64,000 nt of DNA. Source: Curvularia clavata. Taxonomy: Eukaryota. This document shows positions 61,960 to 64,000 of the stretch, in pieces; the first letter of the stretch is position 1, and each line of letters begins with the position of its first letter. The stretch is taken from assembly GCA_023920165.1 (NCBI GenBank), contig CP089276.1:620001-684000 (forward strand). The letters are read 5' to 3'. A model generated the notes under the pieces. The model ran no database searches. It had not been told where the DNA came from and was given only the letters and a program-made list of their open reading frames with translations. The position numbers and the translations under genes were made by a program.

Positions 61960-64000
61960 ATGGGCTCACAACCGCCCAAGACGTCGCATGCTTCCTCCAA
62001 CCCGCGCTCCAACACGCCTGGCGGCCACTCCAAGAAGCCCTCGTCCTCGTCCAACCACAATGGCCAGCCTCGCGACCGCGAGCAGCGCCCCAGCAGAGAA
62101 GGAACCGCGCAGAAGGCTGCCCAAGACGTCGCAGGTCTCAAGGACTACCAGCTCGGCGACTGCTTGGGAAAAGGCGCCTTTGGCAGCGTCTACCGCGCCC
62201 TCAATTGGGGCACCGGCGAGACGGTTGCCATCAAGCAGGTCCGCCTCGAGAACCTGGGCGCCGCAGATCTCAAGAACATGGAGATGGAGATCGACCTGCT
62301 CAAGAACCTGAACCACCCCAACATTGTCAAGTACCACGGCTTCGTGAGGAGCTCAGAGAGCCTGTATATCATTCTAGAGTGAGCTTCGCCTGCCCGGCGC
62401 ATTCGTCGCCTGGAATTGGACCAACTGCTAACCTGCTCAGGTACTGCGAAAATGGATCCTTGCACAGCATCTGCAAGAACTTTGGAAAATTCCCCGAGAA
62501 CCTCGTCGCCTTGTACATGTCTCAGGTCCTGCATGGACTCCTCTATCTACACGAGCAGGGTGTTATACACCGCGATATCAAGGGTGCAAATATCTTGACT
62601 ACCAAGGAGGGCTTGGTCAAACTGGCAGACTTTGGCGTCGCGACAAAGCAGTCAGGCCTCGACCAGTCGAGTGTCGTGGGCACGCCCTACTGGATGGCTC
62701 CAGAAGTCATTGAGCTCTCCGGCGCCACCACCTCATCAGACATATGGAGCTTGGGATGTACCGTCATTGAGCTGATAGAGGGAAAGCCGCCGTACCATAA
62801 GCTGCAACCCATGCAGGCCCTGTTCAGGATAGTCAACGACGAGCATCCGCCAATTCCTGGCAGTGCTTCCCCGGTCAGTCGATCCCTTCCAGACCCTGCT
62901 ACTCTGAAACGCGTATACTAATCCTTGCAGCTTCTGCGTGAGTTTCTCATGGAGTGTTTCCAAAAGAACCCCACACTTCGTATTTCTGCGAAGCGCCTCC
63001 TCAAGCACCCGTGGATTCTCAGTGCCAAGCGCACTGTTCCTGCGGTCCCCACAAAGCCGACCGAATATCAAGAAGCTGTCAAGTCTGTACAGGAGTGGAA
63101 TGAAGCTTTGAAATCACCCAATTCTCTGCGGAGGACTCCCCGTCTTGGTACCGGTGCGCAACGGTCCTCTCCTGCAGCAGCCAACGGCCCCGGTGCCGCG
63201 TCCCGTAGGGCAGCAGTAAATGTGAACCTCAACATGTCCAAGAATAGACCTACCGCAGAGTCGTTCCGTTCTCCCGACTTGGATCATGATGACAACTGGG
63301 ACAAGGATTTTGCCGAAAGCATATCTCCTCGTGCTCTGCAGATGCCCCATCTCAAACCCCAGGACCACTTTGGTGGTCTCTTCTCAGGTGACAGGCTGAA
63401 AGCATTTGCCAGTTTTGAGTCAGTCACAGAAACAGCCGAGTATGGGGACGGAGAAGCTACCGTCAAGAGCCCGAAGAGCATGCAACAGAACCAGGGTGTT
63501 CCAAAGGCTTCTGGTCAGAGATCAAACGAAAGGGCAAACAGGCCAAGTAGCAAATCTGCAAGCACTGGTCGATCTTCACGATCTGCCTCAAGCGCTACTG
63601 ATTCAGAGTATGAGGACAGGTACGACATACAACCAAGAACAGCTTTCCTTCGAGCAACACCTAGGGCTTCGCAACCTCTGAGACCGAGAAGCGCTGCCCC
63701 GGCGCGTCCTAGCCAGCTATTCCGTGAAGACACGATTGAGGACTACTCGGATCTCATGCCAGCGGACGAGAGCGCTTTTGCACGCAAATTGGCGTCCATG
63801 CAGTACGCTCAACCACCAGCCATGCAGCCTAAGCAAATGGGTGCTAGCAACAACTCGACATCTGATAACTTTTCTCCTCGTCTTTTCCATCCAAGTGACC
63901 TAAAAGGAGGACCCAAGTCCGCAAGAGATATAAAGTCAAGTGGAAACATCCATCAGCGATCAACAAGCTCAACATCGAATCGCAGGCTACACAGGACGCA
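61960..64000 (+). CDS. sepH: Septation initiation network STE kinase SepH/Cdc7/Cdc15 (5' part, truncated by window end)
   Basis: [63 protein letters not shown] and DDNWDKDF. Confidence 0.93.

Noticed and set aside
13406..64000. Apparent concentration of cell-cycle/genome-maintenance genes (IGO1, RNR1, MLH3, RTT106, sepH)
   Set aside because: They are dispersed among unrelated genes over 50 kb, which is compatible with chance. No shared structure beyond scattered MCB hexamers.
1..64000. CRISPR arrays, rRNA, intact transposons or a secondary-metabolite backbone gene
   Set aside because: No regularly spaced repeats, rRNA-like sequence, transposase/RT/integrase, PKS, NRPS or terpene synthase motifs were found.

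Overview
Eukaryotic, intron-containing fungal DNA. Gene content and short GT-AG introns with CTRAY branch points suggest a filamentous ascomycete, probably Dothideomycetes/Pleosporales (inference). About 26 protein-coding genes are supportable. The conserved core genes are a YFH7-like kinase, a GH63 glucosidase I homolog, endosulfine/Igo1, Sfm1, Kex1, Rnr1, MrpL8/bL17m, Mlh3, Rtt106 and a SepH/Cdc15 kinase truncated at the window end. They are interleaved with accessory-looking blocks: (i) SDR + sugar porter + GH27-CBM35 at 0.3-7 kb; (ii) an intronless, bacterial-looking GT-B glycosyltransferase next to a 14-TM MFS efflux pump with a long N-terminal extension, followed by an AT-richer gene-poor stretch with a possible decayed HET-like remnant and then an aquaporin (38.5-49.4 kb). 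I saw no rRNA, tRNA, CRISPR array or intact transposon. I cannot confirm a wholly new system from sequence alone. The best candidates are the GT + efflux pair, the GH27 (IDCGW variant) sugar module, and a protein combining 11-mer amphipathic repeats with an IFI6/ISG12-like motif. Exon boundaries were read by eye and spans include introns.
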